Assembly (NCBI GenBank): GCA_902523615.1
Contig: CABYZW010000003.1
Location: 14,336 to 78,335 of the forward strand
DNA length: 64,000 bases
Direction of reading: 5' to 3'
Source of the DNA: an uncultured Pelagibacteraceae bacterium
Lineage (GTDB): Bacteria; Pseudomonadota; Alphaproteobacteria; Pelagibacterales; Pelagibacteraceae
Positions 11,909-23,420 of the stretch are shown here, piece after piece (the first letter of the stretch is position 1; every line of letters starts with the position of its first letter). A program made the translations under genes and the position numbers. A model generated the notes under the pieces. That model saw only the letters and a program-made list of their open reading frames with translations, did no database searches and was not told where the DNA came from.

Positions 11909-13195
11909 CTATAGCTTAAATAATTCTTTACCGTTTACAAATGTATTTGTGACTTTACCTTGAAGTTTTTTATTTTCGATAGATGTATTTTTTGATTTTG
12001 AGATAAGCTTATCTTTTTTCACTATCCAGGGTTTATCTATATCTACTATACAAAGATCTGCATCATTTCCAATAGATAGATTCCCTTTATTTATTTTTAA
12101 AATTTTAGCAGGGTTTGATGTTAATGCTTTAATTATTGTCTCTAATTTGAGTGAACCGTTATGATATAATTCTAAACTTAGAGACAGCAAAGTTTCAATA
12201 CCTGACGCACCAGTTGCTGCTTGAGCAAATGTTAATCTTTTTGATTCTTCATCTTCAGGTTTGTGATCTGAAACTATTACATCAATTAAATCATCCTTTA
12301 AACCTTGCACTAAAGCTATTCTATCTTCCTCTCTTCTCAATGGTGGAGATAATTTCAAAAATGTTTTGAAATCTCCTATGTCGTTCTCATTTAAAGATAA
12401 GTTATTTACTGAAACACCACATGTGAATTTCACTATTTCCTTTCTTGATTTAATTACTTCGACAGACTTTTGTGACGACAATTGAGAGATATGATATCTA
12501 CATTTAACCTTTTCCAGCAATGTTAAATCTCTTTCGATCAGAATACGCTCAGCGATTTCAGGTATACCAGATAGTCCTAATTTTGAAGCAATTATCCCAG
12601 AGTTAATCATACCATTTTTTGCTAGCTCGTAATCTTCAGCGTGCTGCATTATTAAACTACCTAAATCTCTTGCAGAGTTCATTATTCTAGACATCAATCT
12701 TGGATTTTGGATTGTTTTAACACCGTCGGTGAATGCAATTATTCCCTTATTTTGTAACAAACCAAATTCAGTCATATTTGTACCTTCAGTATTTTTTGTT
12801 AAGGAAGCACACGGAAAAATATTTATTTTTGATTTGTCTCTTCCTCTTCTTTTTAGAAAGTCGACTATAGAAACGTTATCAATTACTGGATCTGTATTAG
12901 GCATTGTTACAACTGAAGTGACACCACCTGAGAGTGCAGCGTTACTTAGAGTCCTAAAATTTTCTTTATACTCATAGCCTGGCTCACCAACAAAAACTCG
13001 CATATCGACTAATCCAGGGAAAACATACTTACCTTTTAAATCGATTGGTTTATCTCTACTCGGTAAATTATTAATATTTACTTTTTTTCCTATGGCTTCA
13101 ATTTTTCCATCTTCACTTATAATCAGACCGCCATTTTCATTAATGGAGTTATAAGGATCAATTATATTTGCGTTTATGAAATATTGTTTTTTCAT
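11909..13195 (-). CDS. pyrC: dihydroorotase-like protein, probably the inactive PyrC' subunit
   Basis: AALSGGVTSVVTMPNT, KLSPPLR, SDHKP; metal-binding HxH replaced (DMRVF); start at MKKQYF overlaps the pyrB stop. Confidence 0.88.
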   Translation of the reverse strand: MKKQYFINANIIDPYNSINENGGLIISEDGKIEAIGKKVNINNLPSRDKPIDLKGKYVFPGLVDMRVFVGEPGYEYKENFRTLSNAALSGGVTSVVTMPNTDPVIDNVSIVDFLKRRGRDKSKINIFPCASLTKNTEGTNMTEFGLLQNKGIIAFTDGVKTIQNPRLMSRIMNSARDLGSLIMQHAEDYELAKNGMINSGIIASKLGLSGIPEIAERILIERDLTLLEKVKCRYHISQLSSQKSVEVIKSRKEIVKFTCGVSVNNLSLNENDIGDFKTFLKLSPPLRREEDRIALVQGLKDDLIDVIVSDHKPEDEESKRLTFAQAATGASGIETLLSLSLELYHNGSLKLETIIKALTSNPAKILKINKGNLSIGNDADLCIVDIDKPWIVKKDKLISKSKNTSIENKKLQGKVTNTFVNGKELFKL

Positions 13196-14136
13196 TATGT
13201 ACAAAATATTTTTAGACAAGCCATCCTCACCGCGACACCCAATTCAACTTGTTCTTTAATCACACTTTTGTTGATATCATCTGCTAGTATTGTATCTATT
13301 TCTATACCCCTGTTCATTGGACCAGGATGCATAATTAAAGCATCAGACTTCGCATGTTCTAATTTATCAGGAGTTAATCCATAATATTCGTAATATTCTC
13401 TATTGGATGAAAGATATGAACTTGTCATTCTTTCATTTTGTAATCTCAACATCATAACAATATCACAATCTTTTAATCCTTTTTTCATATCTGTAAAAAT
13501 ATTGACACCAAATTTTTCAATTTCTTTTGGCATAAGATTTGTTGGAGCAATTATGTTCACTTCTGCTCCTAACATACTTAGTAAATAAATATTTGATCTA
13601 GCAACTCTTGAATGAAGTATATCTCCACAGATTGCTATTTTTAATCCTTGTATTTTTTTTTTACGAGTAATAATTGTTAATGCATCTAATAAAGCCTGAG
13701 TAGGGTGCTCTCTTCTTCCATCACCAGCATTAAGAACTGCACAGTTTACTTTTTGTGAAAGTAAATTACATGCTCCTGAATCTTGATGTCTAATTACAAT
13801 AATATCAGGATGCATTGCATTTAGTGTCATTGCTGTATCTATCAATGTTTCACCTTTTTTAATTGCCGAGTTGCTGATATTCATTGACATAACATCAGCT
13901 CCAAGTCTTTTACCAGCTAACTCAAAGGAGCTCTGAGTTCTAGTGGAAGGTTCAAAAAATAAATTAATTTGAGTTTTACCTTTTAAAACATCAACTTTCT
14001 TATTTTTACCTTGATTTACTTTTATAAATGAATTTGATTCATCAAGTATTAGGTTAACATCATTAATTGATAAATCTTGAATTCCTAACAGGTGTTTTTG
14101 AGAAATTTTAATAGCTTGATTTTTTTTAATTGCCAT
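13195..14136 (-). CDS. pyrB: aspartate carbamoyltransferase catalytic subunit
   Basis: [35 protein letters not shown]. Confidence 0.98.
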   Translation of the reverse strand: MAIKKNQAIKISQKHLLGIQDLSINDVNLILDESNSFIKVNQGKNKKVDVLKGKTQINLFFEPSTRTQSSFELAGKRLGADVMSMNISNSAIKKGETLIDTAMTLNAMHPDIIVIRHQDSGACNLLSQKVNCAVLNAGDGRREHPTQALLDALTIITRKKKIQGLKIAICGDILHSRVARSNIYLLSMLGAEVNIIAPTNLMPKEIEKFGVNIFTDMKKGLKDCDIVMMLRLQNERMTSSYLSSNREYYEYYGLTPDKLEHAKSDALIMHPGPMNRGIEIDTILADDINKSVIKEQVELGVAVRMACLKIFCT

Positions 14137-14178
14137 TAAAACCAACTCTATAACTATAAACCTCTATAATAGCAAGTA

Positions 14179-14634
14179 TTAATTATTCAAAAAATCTAAA
14201 GCTCCTTGTAATATAAAAGCAGCAGCGTTTTCATCTATCTTTTTTTCTCTTTTACTCACATTAATATCTAATTGGCTAGACAGATTAAAAGCACCAACAG
14301 TTGAGAGTCTCTCATCCCAGAGACAAATCGGAATATCTAAGTTTTTCTCAATATTTTCAGTTGTATTTTTTACTGATTGAGTTGATTTACCTGAGGATCC
14401 ATCCATATTTAAAGGATACCCAACAACGATTCCTTTTATATCATTCTCATTAATAATTAATCTGAGTTCATCAACAAGATCTTTAAGTGAATTCCTATTT
14501 ATTGTTTTTAACGGGGTAGCTATCAATTGTTTGTCATCACAGATTGACACACCAATTCTTTTAGATCCAAGGTCTAAACCTATCAATCTACACTTATCTG
14601 AGTGTTTTTTTTTAAATTCCTCTAAAGTGATCAT
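14179..14634 (-). CDS. ruvX: YqgF/RuvX pre-16S rRNA nuclease
   Basis: IGLDLGSKRIGVS, VVGYPLNMDG, WDERLST, D..AAAFILQ. Confidence 0.95.
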   Translation of the reverse strand: MITLEEFKKKHSDKCRLIGLDLGSKRIGVSICDDKQLIATPLKTINRNSLKDLVDELRLIINENDIKGIVVGYPLNMDGSSGKSTQSVKNTTENIEKNLDIPICLWDERLSTVGAFNLSSQLDINVSKREKKIDENAAAFILQGALDFLNN

Positions 14635-14684
14635 ATTGTATATTTTAAACTTAAGTGATACTTTGCCTCATATTTAAATAGCAT

Positions 14685-14972
14685 ATGAGTATAGATCTTA
14701 AAACAATAAAACATATATCAAAATTGGCAAGAATTTCAGTTGACGAGCAAAGAGCAAAAAAATTAGCTGATGATTTAAATTCTATTTTTGATTTTATTGA
14801 AAAACTTAATGAATTAAAAACTGAAAAAGTAGAACCGTTAACTTCTATTGCAGAAACAACCTTAAAATTAAGATCAGATGAAGTAAAAAGTAAAAATATC
14901 AGAGAACAAATTATTAAAAATTCTCCTCAGAATAACGAGGACTATTTTGTAGTGCCCAAGGTGATTGAATAA
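14685..14972 (+). CDS. gatC: Asp/Glu-tRNA amidotransferase subunit C
   Basis: HISKLARI, YFVVPKVIE; first gene of gatCAB. Confidence 0.97.
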   Translation: MSIDLKTIKHISKLARISVDEQRAKKLADDLNSIFDFIEKLNELKTEKVEPLTSIAETTLKLRSDEVKSKNIREQIIKNSPQNNEDYFVVPKVIE

Positions 14973-16429
14973 TGTCAGATATTACAAAGCAAACCCTTAC
15001 GGAACTTGTTGAAAATATAAAAAATAAAAAACTTTCTTCAACAGATGTGACCAAAGCATTTATTGATAGATCTGAAAAATCTGAGAAATTGAATGCTTAT
15101 ATTACAAATGACTTTACATCAGCTTTGGATAAAGCAAAAAAATTTGATCAAAATCCTAATTTTGATTTAAAATTGCCTGGTATTCCAGTGGCAGTTAAGG
15201 ATTTATTTTGCACGAAAAATATTAAAACAACTGCTGGTAGTAAGATTTTAAATAATTTTGTACCAACATATGAATCAACAGTAACTGAAAATATTTGGAA
15301 TGAAGGTGCAATACTTCTAGGTAAGCTAAACTGTGATGAGTTTGCAATGGGTTCATCAAATGAAACAAGTTTTTTTGGTAATGTTCAAAGTCCTATTGAT
15401 GAAAATTTAGTCCCAGGTGGATCATCTGGTGGTTCAGCTTCAGCTTTAGCTGCACAATTGACTCCTGTTACAATTGGAACTGATACTGGTGGATCAATTA
15501 GACAACCAGCTTCTTTCACTGGAATTGTTGGATTGAAACCTACATACGGAAGTTGTTCAAGATATGGAATAGTTGCTTTTGCTTCATCATTGGATCAAGC
15601 AGGACCGATGGCAAAAAATGTTAATGATTGTGCTTTACTGCATGAAGTGATCAGTTCCTATGATCCTAAAGATTCTACTTCAATAGATTTTAAAAGAAGT
15701 CATTACAGTAAAGAACTTACAAATAACATAAAAGGAAAAAAAATTGGAATACCAAAAGAATACAGAGTCGATGGTATGCCAAAAGAAATTGAAGATCTTT
15801 GGCAAAAAGGTATCCAATATATTAATGATTGTGGTGCTGAAATTATTAATATTTCTCTGCCAAATACAAGTTATGCTTTACCAACATATTATATAGTTGC
15901 TCCAGCAGAGGCATCATCAAACTTAGCAAGATATGATGGTGTTAAGTATGGATTTAGAGCTAAAGGTGAAAATTTAATTGATATGTATGAAAAAACTAGA
16001 TCAGAAGGTTTTGGAGCTGAAGTTCAAAGAAGAATTATGATTGGAACTTATGTTTTATCTTCCGGCTATTACGATGCATATTATCTTAAAGCTCAAAAAG
16101 TAAGGAGACTTATCAAAAATGATTTTGATGAGGCATATAAAAAAGTCGATGCAATTTTAACTCCATCAACACCTAGTTCAGCATTTAAAATAGGTGAAAA
16201 AACAAATGATCCAGTTTCAATGTATCTTAATGATATATTTACAGTTCCTGTTAACTTAGCTGGACTTCCAGGTATCTCAATACCTGCTGGACATGACTCA
16301 AAAGGTTATCCTTTAGGTTTACAAATTATTGGCAAAGCTTTTGATGAACAAAATATATTGAACATAGCTTATGCCATGGAAGAAAAGATCAATTTTAAAA
16401 ACAAAATTACTGATTGGTGGATAAAATGA
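14972..16429 (+). CDS. gatA: Asp/Glu-tRNA amidotransferase subunit A
   Basis: amidase signature [38 protein letters not shown]. Confidence 0.99.
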   Translation: MSDITKQTLTELVENIKNKKLSSTDVTKAFIDRSEKSEKLNAYITNDFTSALDKAKKFDQNPNFDLKLPGIPVAVKDLFCTKNIKTTAGSKILNNFVPTYESTVTENIWNEGAILLGKLNCDEFAMGSSNETSFFGNVQSPIDENLVPGGSSGGSASALAAQLTPVTIGTDTGGSIRQPASFTGIVGLKPTYGSCSRYGIVAFASSLDQAGPMAKNVNDCALLHEVISSYDPKDSTSIDFKRSHYSKELTNNIKGKKIGIPKEYRVDGMPKEIEDLWQKGIQYINDCGAEIINISLPNTSYALPTYYIVAPAEASSNLARYDGVKYGFRAKGENLIDMYEKTRSEGFGAEVQRRIMIGTYVLSSGYYDAYYLKAQKVRRLIKNDFDEAYKKVDAILTPSTPSSAFKIGEKTNDPVSMYLNDIFTVPVNLAGLPGISIPAGHDSKGYPLGLQIIGKAFDEQNILNIAYAMEEKINFKNKITDWWIK

Positions 16430-17901
16430 GTAAAAAAGATTCAGAATATTTGATCAATCGAAAAGATAATCAGTATGAGGTAGTAATTGGTTTAGAAGTT
16501 CATGCTCAAATTTTATCTGATTCGAAATTATTTTCTACTTCAGCAACTAAATTTGGAGCAGAACCTAATACGCAGGTTAGTTTAGTTGATGCTGCATTTC
16601 CAGGAATGTTACCAGTAATAAATGAATTTTGTGTTAAACAAGCAATTAAAACTGGTATTGGCCTTAACGCAAAAATTAATAAACGTTCAGTATTTGATAG
16701 AAAAAATTATTTTTATGCTGATTTACCTCAAGGATATCAAATATCACAATTTAAAGACCCAATAGTAGGTGAGGGCAAAGTTATTTTGGATATGCCTAAT
16801 GGTCGAAAAGAAATTGGCATAGAAAGATTACATCTAGAACAAGACGCTGGAAAAAGCATTCATGATCTTGACCCACAAAATACTTTTGTAGATTTAAACA
16901 GATCAGGAGTAGCTTTAATGGAAATAGTGAGCAAGCCTGATCTAAGATCTCCAGATGAGGTTAATGCTTATATCAAAAAATTAAGATCTATAATGAGATA
17001 CCTAGGAACTTGTGATGGAAATATGCAAGAAGGCTCTTTAAGAGCTGATGTTAATGTCTCTGTAAGATCAAAAGGCTCAAAAGAATTTGGCACTCGATGT
17101 GAAATTAAAAATGTTAATTCAATTAAGTTTATGCAAATGGCAATAGAATATGAGGCTAATAGGCAAGTTGATTTAATAGAAGAGGGCAAAACAATTGATC
17201 AAGAAACAAGACTTTTTGATACAAAGAAAAATGAAACAAGATCAATGAGATCAAAGGAAGATGCTCATGATTATAGATATTTTCCTGACCCTGATTTATT
17301 ACCTTTAGTGGTTTCGGAAAAATTTATTGAAGAACTTAAAAATGATATTCCAGAACTTCCAGATGATAAAAAGAAAAGATTTATTGAAGAGTTTAAATTG
17401 TCTCCTTATGAATCCAATATTTTGGTGTCTGATATTGATACTGCGAAATACTTTGAAGAAGTTGTAGCTAAAATGGGTAAAAACAAAGATATTAAGTTGG
17501 CAGTCAATTGGATTACAGGAGAACTATTTGCTGTTTTAAATAGCAAAGGTTTAGAAATTTCTCAAAGTCCAGTGAGTGCTAAGAATTTTGCCATATTGAT
17601 TAATCTAATTAAGAATGGAACTATTTCAGGAAAAATAGCAAAAACAGTTTTTGAATTAATGATTGATGGAGATAATGATCCCCAAAAAATTGTTGAAGAA
17701 AAAGGATTGAAGCAACAAAGTGATCCAAAGGCTTTAGAGGCTTTAATCGATAAAATAATTAATGATAACAGACAAAAAGCCATTGAATATAAACAAGGTA
17801 AAGAAAAATTATTTGGTTTTTTTGTTGGTCAAGCAATGAAAGCATCAGGTGGAAAAGCTAATCCGCAATTAATCAATGAGATCCTAAAGAAAAAATTATA
17901 A
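16426..17901 (+). CDS. gatB: Asp/Glu-tRNA amidotransferase subunit B
   Basis: [37 protein letters not shown]; ATG at 16426 overlaps the gatA stop. Confidence 0.99.
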   Translation: MSKKDSEYLINRKDNQYEVVIGLEVHAQILSDSKLFSTSATKFGAEPNTQVSLVDAAFPGMLPVINEFCVKQAIKTGIGLNAKINKRSVFDRKNYFYADLPQGYQISQFKDPIVGEGKVILDMPNGRKEIGIERLHLEQDAGKSIHDLDPQNTFVDLNRSGVALMEIVSKPDLRSPDEVNAYIKKLRSIMRYLGTCDGNMQEGSLRADVNVSVRSKGSKEFGTRCEIKNVNSIKFMQMAIEYEANRQVDLIEEGKTIDQETRLFDTKKNETRSMRSKEDAHDYRYFPDPDLLPLVVSEKFIEELKNDIPELPDDKKKRFIEEFKLSPYESNILVSDIDTAKYFEEVVAKMGKNKDIKLAVNWITGELFAVLNSKGLEISQSPVSAKNFAILINLIKNGTISGKIAKTVFELMIDGDNDPQKIVEEKGLKQQSDPKALEALIDKIINDNRQKAIEYKQGKEKLFGFFVGQAMKASGGKANPQLINEILKKKL

Positions 17902-17905
17902 TGTT

Positions 17906-18556
17906 ATGGGCTCAGACCTTAATATTACAAAAAATTTACAAGATTATATTTTAAAAAATGGTTTGAAATTACATCCAGTTCAAAAAGAAATAATAGATTA
18001 TAACTTATTACTTGGTGACACAAAAAGAATGCAAATATCTATTTCTCAATGTCAATTTCTACATCTAATTATTAAAGTTTCTAAGATTAAAAAAGTCTTA
18101 GAGATAGGAACTTTTACAGGCTTAAGCACGTTGTCTATGGCTCTAGCATTACCAGATGAAGGTAGTATACTCGCGCTAGATAAAAATGAGGGAACCAACA
18201 TTATTGCCCAAAAATTTTTTAAAAAAGCCAATCAAGATCATAAGATTAAAACTATTATAAGACCAGCATTGGAAACTTTGATGAGTATTAGGAATGAGAA
18301 ATTTGATTTAGTTTTTATTGATGCAGATAAAATGAATTACCAAAAATATTACGAGATTTCATTAGATCTATTGAATAAAGAGGGTTTGGTGATAATTGAT
18401 AATGTATTATGGCATGGAGAAGTTGTGAATAAAAATATAAATGATAAATTTACTAAAAGTATAAGAGATTTGAATGATTTTATTTCTAAAGATAAGAGAA
18501 TTGAAAAAGTCATGGTACCATTCGGTGATGGAATGACTGTATGTAGGAGGATTTAA
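17906..18556 (+). CDS. class I SAM-dependent O-methyltransferase (caffeoyl-CoA OMT/TrmR-like)
   Basis: VLEIGTFTGLS, FDLVFIDADK, DNVLWHG, GDGM. Confidence 0.9.
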   Translation: MGSDLNITKNLQDYILKNGLKLHPVQKEIIDYNLLLGDTKRMQISISQCQFLHLIIKVSKIKKVLEIGTFTGLSTLSMALALPDEGSILALDKNEGTNIIAQKFFKKANQDHKIKTIIRPALETLMSIRNEKFDLVFIDADKMNYQKYYEISLDLLNKEGLVIIDNVLWHGEVVNKNINDKFTKSIRDLNDFISKDKRIEKVMVPFGDGMTVCRRI

Positions 18557-19464
18557 TGTTCAGAATACTCGGTTTTTACAAATTTCAAAAAATAAATAAT
18601 TTAAAAAAAAATCAAGTAAAATTGAATAATATCCTTTTAGATAAAAACATAAATGGATCAATTATTATATCCAAAGAGGGTTTAAATGGATCAATATCTG
18701 GAATAAATAAGGATATTAAAACCGCAATTATTCAAATTAAAAAAAGTTTAAATATAAAAGAATTTGATAGTTTCAATAATTGTAAAAGTAAATTTCAACC
18801 TTTTTATAAACCGAAAGTAAAAATAAAAAAAGAAGTTGTACCGATGGACCTAAAAATGACAAATAGATTAAAAAAAAAGAATAGTCATATAGAGCCAACA
18901 GAATGGAATAAGTTAATAAAAAATAAAAAAACTCTTTTATTAGATACAAGAAAACCTTTTGAACATAAAGTTGGTTCTTTTAAAAAATCAGTAAACCCTA
19001 AAATAGGTAACTTTAGAGATTTTCCTAGGTATTTAAAAAAGTTAAAAAAAGAGCAATCTATAGCTTTGTTTTGTACTGGTGGAATAAGATGTGAAAAAGC
19101 GTCTGTATATTTAGAGAAAAAGGGTTTTAGGAATATTTATCAATTAAAAGGTGGAATTCTGAATTATTTAAAGAAAGTAAAACAAAAAAATAGTTTATGG
19201 AAAGGTGAATGTTTTGTATTTGATAACAGAGTAAGTTTAAAGCATGGTCTTGAACAAGGAACATATTCAATTTGTGGTGGATGCAGACAACCAATTTCAG
19301 TCAAGGATAAAAAATCTAAAAAATATGAAGAAGGGGTAACTTGCCCTAATTGTTTTAATAAACTCACAAAAATCCAAAAATCCCGTTTTAGAATGAGACA
19401 AAGTCAGATATACAAAGCAAAGTTATCAGGAAAAAAATATAATTTCCAAAAAGAATTTAATTAA
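18556..19464 (+). CDS. trhO: rhodanese-domain tRNA hydroxylase TrhO (YceA)
   Basis: FYKF, EGLNG, KIKKEVV, FCTGGIRCEKAS, WKGECFVFDNRV. Confidence 0.9.
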   Translation: MFRILGFYKFQKINNLKKNQVKLNNILLDKNINGSIIISKEGLNGSISGINKDIKTAIIQIKKSLNIKEFDSFNNCKSKFQPFYKPKVKIKKEVVPMDLKMTNRLKKKNSHIEPTEWNKLIKNKKTLLLDTRKPFEHKVGSFKKSVNPKIGNFRDFPRYLKKLKKEQSIALFCTGGIRCEKASVYLEKKGFRNIYQLKGGILNYLKKVKQKNSLWKGECFVFDNRVSLKHGLEQGTYSICGGCRQPISVKDKKSKKYEEGVTCPNCFNKLTKIQKSRFRMRQSQIYKAKLSGKKYNFQKEFN

Positions 19465-19472
19465 GGATTTAT

Positions 19473-20843
19473 TTGTCTCAATCTTTCAAATTAACTAAAG
19501 ATCCAATATGGCTTTTACTCAGAAAAGTTACTATCCCAGCAAGTGTTGGTTCATTATTTCAAACTTTTTATAATTTAGTAGATACTTGGTTTGCAGGAAG
19601 AGTATCTGCTGAAGCAATAGCAGCAATTGCAAAATCTTTTCCAATTTATTTTACTATTATTGCTATAGGAGTTGGACTAACTGCAGGGACTAATACTTTA
19701 ATTGGAAATAGTATAGGTGCTAAGGATAAGAGAAAGGCGTCATTATTTGTTGCACAGTCAATTTTATTTGCGATCTTTTTGTCGGTTCTAGTAACTTTTT
19801 TTGGTTTAAATGTTTCAGATTTTTTACTTTCATTAATGGGATCAGACCAGGAGGGAATTATTTTAACTAGAAAATATCTTGATATAATTTTTTATGGGAC
19901 AATAATAGTTTTGATCCAGATTTCATTAAATGGAACTTTAAATGCACAAGGAGATACAAAAAGCTATAGAAACGTTTTAATTTTTAGTTTTTTTTTAAAC
20001 ATTATTTTAAATCCATTATTTATATTTGGTTATGGTTTTGTACCAGCTTTTGGCATAGCAGGACTTGCCATTGCTACCGTTGTAGCACAGTTTATAGGTC
20101 TTCTATACTTAGCGTATAAAGTTTATTGTTGTGAATTAATGCGATATCTTAAGCCTGAGTGTTTTATACCAAAGTTTAACCTTCTAGGAGAACTCCTTTA
20201 TCAAACAATTCCTGTAATGTTTAGCATGTTATTGATTGGTGTTGGTATATTCAATATTCTCTATTTCATTGGTAAATTTGGAGATTTAGCCACTGCTGGT
20301 TACGGTGCTGCTTTGCGAATTGAGCAAGTTTTTTTACTTCCGGTAATTGGTTTAAATACTGCAGTTTTATCTATTGGAGGACAAAATTTTGGTGCAAAAA
20401 ATTTCGACAGATTAAGAGAACTATATAAAAAGGCTCTTTTTTTTGGATCATCTTTTATGATTTGTGCAGGAATAATAATTTTTTTGGGTGCAGAATTCTT
20501 AGTTTCATTATTTACTGATAATTCAGAGGCTATAAAGCATGGTGCAATATATTTAAAAATTGCTGCATTAATTGGTCCAATTTATCCTGTTTTTTTTATA
20601 ACTACTGCAGTATTCCAAGCAGTTAAAAGACCATTATATAGTCTTTACTTAAGTATTTTAAGACTAACAGCACTTCCATTTTTAAGTTTGTGGTATGTAA
20701 TTAATATTAAAGGGGGAGGTTATGAGGACATTTTTTACACAATATTAGTAACAAATTGGTTTATAGGAATTGCAGTTCTTATGTTTATTGGTTATTTTTT
20801 AAATAATGTTTTCAAACAAAATAAAAGTCTTTTTACTTATTAG
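19473..20843 (+). CDS. MATE-family efflux transporter
   Basis: YNLVDTWF, about 12 hydrophobic segments, NIILNPLFIFG, GQNFGAK; TTG start. Confidence 0.92.
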   Translation: MSQSFKLTKDPIWLLLRKVTIPASVGSLFQTFYNLVDTWFAGRVSAEAIAAIAKSFPIYFTIIAIGVGLTAGTNTLIGNSIGAKDKRKASLFVAQSILFAIFLSVLVTFFGLNVSDFLLSLMGSDQEGIILTRKYLDIIFYGTIIVLIQISLNGTLNAQGDTKSYRNVLIFSFFLNIILNPLFIFGYGFVPAFGIAGLAIATVVAQFIGLLYLAYKVYCCELMRYLKPECFIPKFNLLGELLYQTIPVMFSMLLIGVGIFNILYFIGKFGDLATAGYGAALRIEQVFLLPVIGLNTAVLSIGGQNFGAKNFDRLRELYKKALFFGSSFMICAGIIIFLGAEFLVSLFTDNSEAIKHGAIYLKIAALIGPIYPVFFITTAVFQAVKRPLYSLYLSILRLTALPFLSLWYVINIKGGGYEDIFYTILVTNWFIGIAVLMFIGYFLNNVFKQNKSLFTY

Positions 20844-21285
20844 CATTTGTCTAATATTTTTTTTAATCACCTCTTTTGATTTTAAATCTAACAAAGCAAA
20901 GGTTATTGATGGAGATACTATTCATTTAAATGGACAAAAAATTCGTTTTAGTGGCATTGATTCTCCTGAGATTAATCAAGTATGCAATAAGAATGATGAG
21001 GTAATTAAATGCGGGATACTGGCAAAAGAATTACTTGTTAAAATAATTGGTAGTAATAAAGTAAAATGTGTCAATGAGGGTGTAGATCGATATAAGAGAA
21101 TTTTGGCTGAATGTTTTGTAAATAATCAAAGTTTATCTAAGTCCCTTGTTAGGGAGGGATTTGCTTTTGCATACAGAAAATATTCGACAAAATTTATTGA
21201 AGATGAGGACTATGCGAAAAAAAATAAAAAAGGGATGTGGTCAATGAGGTTTGAGTATCCTTGGAATTACAGAAGAAAAAGTTAA
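20806..21285 (+). CDS. thermonuclease (SNase) family protein with N-terminal membrane anchor
   Basis: VIDGDTI, IRFSGIDSPE, DRYKRILA, LVREGFA. Confidence 0.93.
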   Translation: MFSNKIKVFLLISICLIFFLITSFDFKSNKAKVIDGDTIHLNGQKIRFSGIDSPEINQVCNKNDEVIKCGILAKELLVKIIGSNKVKCVNEGVDRYKRILAECFVNNQSLSKSLVREGFAFAYRKYSTKFIEDEDYAKKNKKGMWSMRFEYPWNYRRKS

Positions 21286-22013
21286 TCTTTTTGTAGTTTT
21301 TTTTCTAACTTTCTTACCAGATAAGAAACAACTAATATTAAGACTAAATATTCAAGAATTAGAAAAGTATATATTTCTAATGGTCTATAAGTTGTTACAA
21401 CTAATTCATTAGCTTTTCTAGTCAAATCACCAATCCCGATAATTGATACAAGGGATGACATTTTAAGCACGTAAACAAATTGATTCCCTATAGCTGGTAA
21501 AATATTCTTAATTGCCTGAGGTAATATAACAAATCTTAATTTTCTGAAAAAACCCAAACCTAAAGAACTTCCAGCTTCCCATTGCGCTTTTTTTATTGAG
21601 TTTATTCCGGCTCTAAAAATCTCAGCTTGGAATGCACTTTCGCTTATAGATAATGCTATAATACCTGAAACAAATGGGCTAAAGCTAATTCCTGTCATTA
21701 TCGGTAGTCCATAATAAATCCATAAAATTAAAACTAGTAAAGGAATTGCTCTTACAATTTCTACATAACCAATATTAAGATAAGTTAAGAATTTATTTTT
21801 TGAAAGTGACGGTATAGCAATTAAAAGACCAATCAATATTGATATAAAAATCGAAATTATCGAAATATATATAGTGGTAGTTAAACCACTTACAAGAAAT
21901 TTTAGATTTGTTAAACCCTCAACGTTCTGAGGAGATAATATCAACCAGTTTAATTCACTTTTACCACATGAGGTTAAAGGAAGGACTAAAAGTAAAAAAG
22001 CTAAATTTCTCAC
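21282..22013 (-). CDS. polar amino-acid ABC transporter permease
   Basis: YVEIVRAIPLLV, AEIFRAGI..Q.EAG..LG EAA loop, ILPQA. Confidence 0.93.
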   Translation of the reverse strand: MRNLAFLLLVLPLTSCGKSELNWLILSPQNVEGLTNLKFLVSGLTTTIYISIISIFISILIGLLIAIPSLSKNKFLTYLNIGYVEIVRAIPLLVLILWIYYGLPIMTGISFSPFVSGIIALSISESAFQAEIFRAGINSIKKAQWEAGSSLGLGFFRKLRFVILPQAIKNILPAIGNQFVYVLKMSSLVSIIGIGDLTRKANELVVTTYRPLEIYTFLILEYLVLILVVSYLVRKLEKKLQKD

Positions 22014-22053
22014 TCTTTATGTTATAAAGAATAAAAAATTAAATACTAATTTA

Positions 22054-22821
22054 TTATAAACTTTTTAGATTGTATTTAGATAACAATTTAGTAAAGAAGC
22101 CAGATGATTTTTTCTCCTTGATCCAGCTATTCACATACTCATTCCATTTATTATCACCTTTAGGAACCATCATTGCTAAAAATGCTGGATTTTTTCCACC
22201 ATCTGGAACGATTGCTAATTGAGGATATTTAATAACCAACTTATTTGCCTCTGTTGAACTAGTAATATTACCATCAGCTCTACCTGCTAAGACTTCTTGA
22301 AAGTCTCTTGCTGGAGCTTCAATTGAGTTTAATTTTGATTTTGGAAAAAATTCTTTCGCCTTTTCCTCTTGAGAGGTACCAAGTGTAGTTGCAATAGTCA
22401 CTTTTGAATTATTTAAAGAATCCCAAGTTGGAAATTTTTTTAAATTTTTTTTTAGTACAAGTGGTACAGTTGCATATTTGTAATATGTATCGGTGAAACC
22501 AGCCACCTCTGCTCTTTTTGGAGTTTTTGTAACACTGGTTGATATATCATATCTTGCTGATGTTATTCCGGATACAATCGTTTTCCACTCAGCTGGCACG
22601 AACTCAATTTTAACGCCCATGTCTTTGGCAAGTTCATTCATCACATCTATATCAAAACCTTTATACTTATTTGTTGCAGGATCTTTAACTGTCATTGGAT
22701 CCCAGTCACCTGTAGTTCCAACTTTTAATACTCCAGATGATAAAATTTTATCTAAATTAGAGTCTGCGTTTGATGAGAAGGGTAAAAAAGCAAATAATGC
22801 TAACAATAATATTTTTTTCAT
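22054..22821 (-). CDS. family-3 solute-binding protein, cyclohexadienyl dehydratase-like
   Basis: signal peptide, [17 protein letters not shown], two-lobe polar amino-acid SBP pattern. Confidence 0.88.
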   Translation of the reverse strand: MKKILLLALFAFLPFSSNADSNLDKILSSGVLKVGTTGDWDPMTVKDPATNKYKGFDIDVMNELAKDMGVKIEFVPAEWKTIVSGITSARYDISTSVTKTPKRAEVAGFTDTYYKYATVPLVLKKNLKKFPTWDSLNNSKVTIATTLGTSQEEKAKEFFPKSKLNSIEAPARDFQEVLAGRADGNITSSTEANKLVIKYPQLAIVPDGGKNPAFLAMMVPKGDNKWNEYVNSWIKEKKSSGFFTKLLSKYNLKSL

Positions 22822-22856
22822 AATTTTTATTTAACTTATTTGAGATCTAAATGAGA

Positions 22857-23420
22857 CTATAATCTTGACGCACTATCATTCATCCATGAGAATAAATGTT
22901 CAGAAAAAGAGCGTCTTACGAACAAATTGACCTCATTTTGATTTTGATTGTGAATAATAACATCGATTTTTGCAATAATTGTTTGAGTTACAGATCCAAT
23001 TTTGTTTCTAAATTCATTAAAATTAAAGGGTGATCCAGTTTGAAATAAATCGAAGATTTTATCTCCTTTTAATATAATTCTAACATATTGGTCAGTAACA
23101 TCTATGATAGCTCCTAAATTTAATTTGCAAATATTCTTGTTGAGAATTATTTCTGTATCGTATGTATTTGTATTTTCTTCAACGACACCATTTGAAAAAA
23201 TCATCCATTCATCGGGACTCAACCATAAGGCGGTCAACTTTTCACTTTGTGTCGAAGTATTTGATTTTGTAGGTAAAACCATATTTAAAGATTTACCAAT
23301 AGCTGATAAAAATTCTCTGCTTTTACCCCTTACGATCAATTTCATGACAGGTCTAATCTCATTCATTTGTAGACCTTGATACGATTTTTCTTTTTTTATT
23401 ACTTGATTATAATTTAGCAT
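22857..23420 (-). CDS. soxG: sarcosine oxidase subunit gamma
   Basis: LWLSPDEW, VRRSFSEH; last gene of soxBDAG. Confidence 0.9.
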   Translation of the reverse strand: MLNYNQVIKKEKSYQGLQMNEIRPVMKLIVRGKSREFLSAIGKSLNMVLPTKSNTSTQSEKLTALWLSPDEWMIFSNGVVEENTNTYDTEIILNKNICKLNLGAIIDVTDQYVRIILKGDKIFDLFQTGSPFNFNEFRNKIGSVTQTIIAKIDVIIHNQNQNEVNLFVRRSFSEHLFSWMNDSASRL

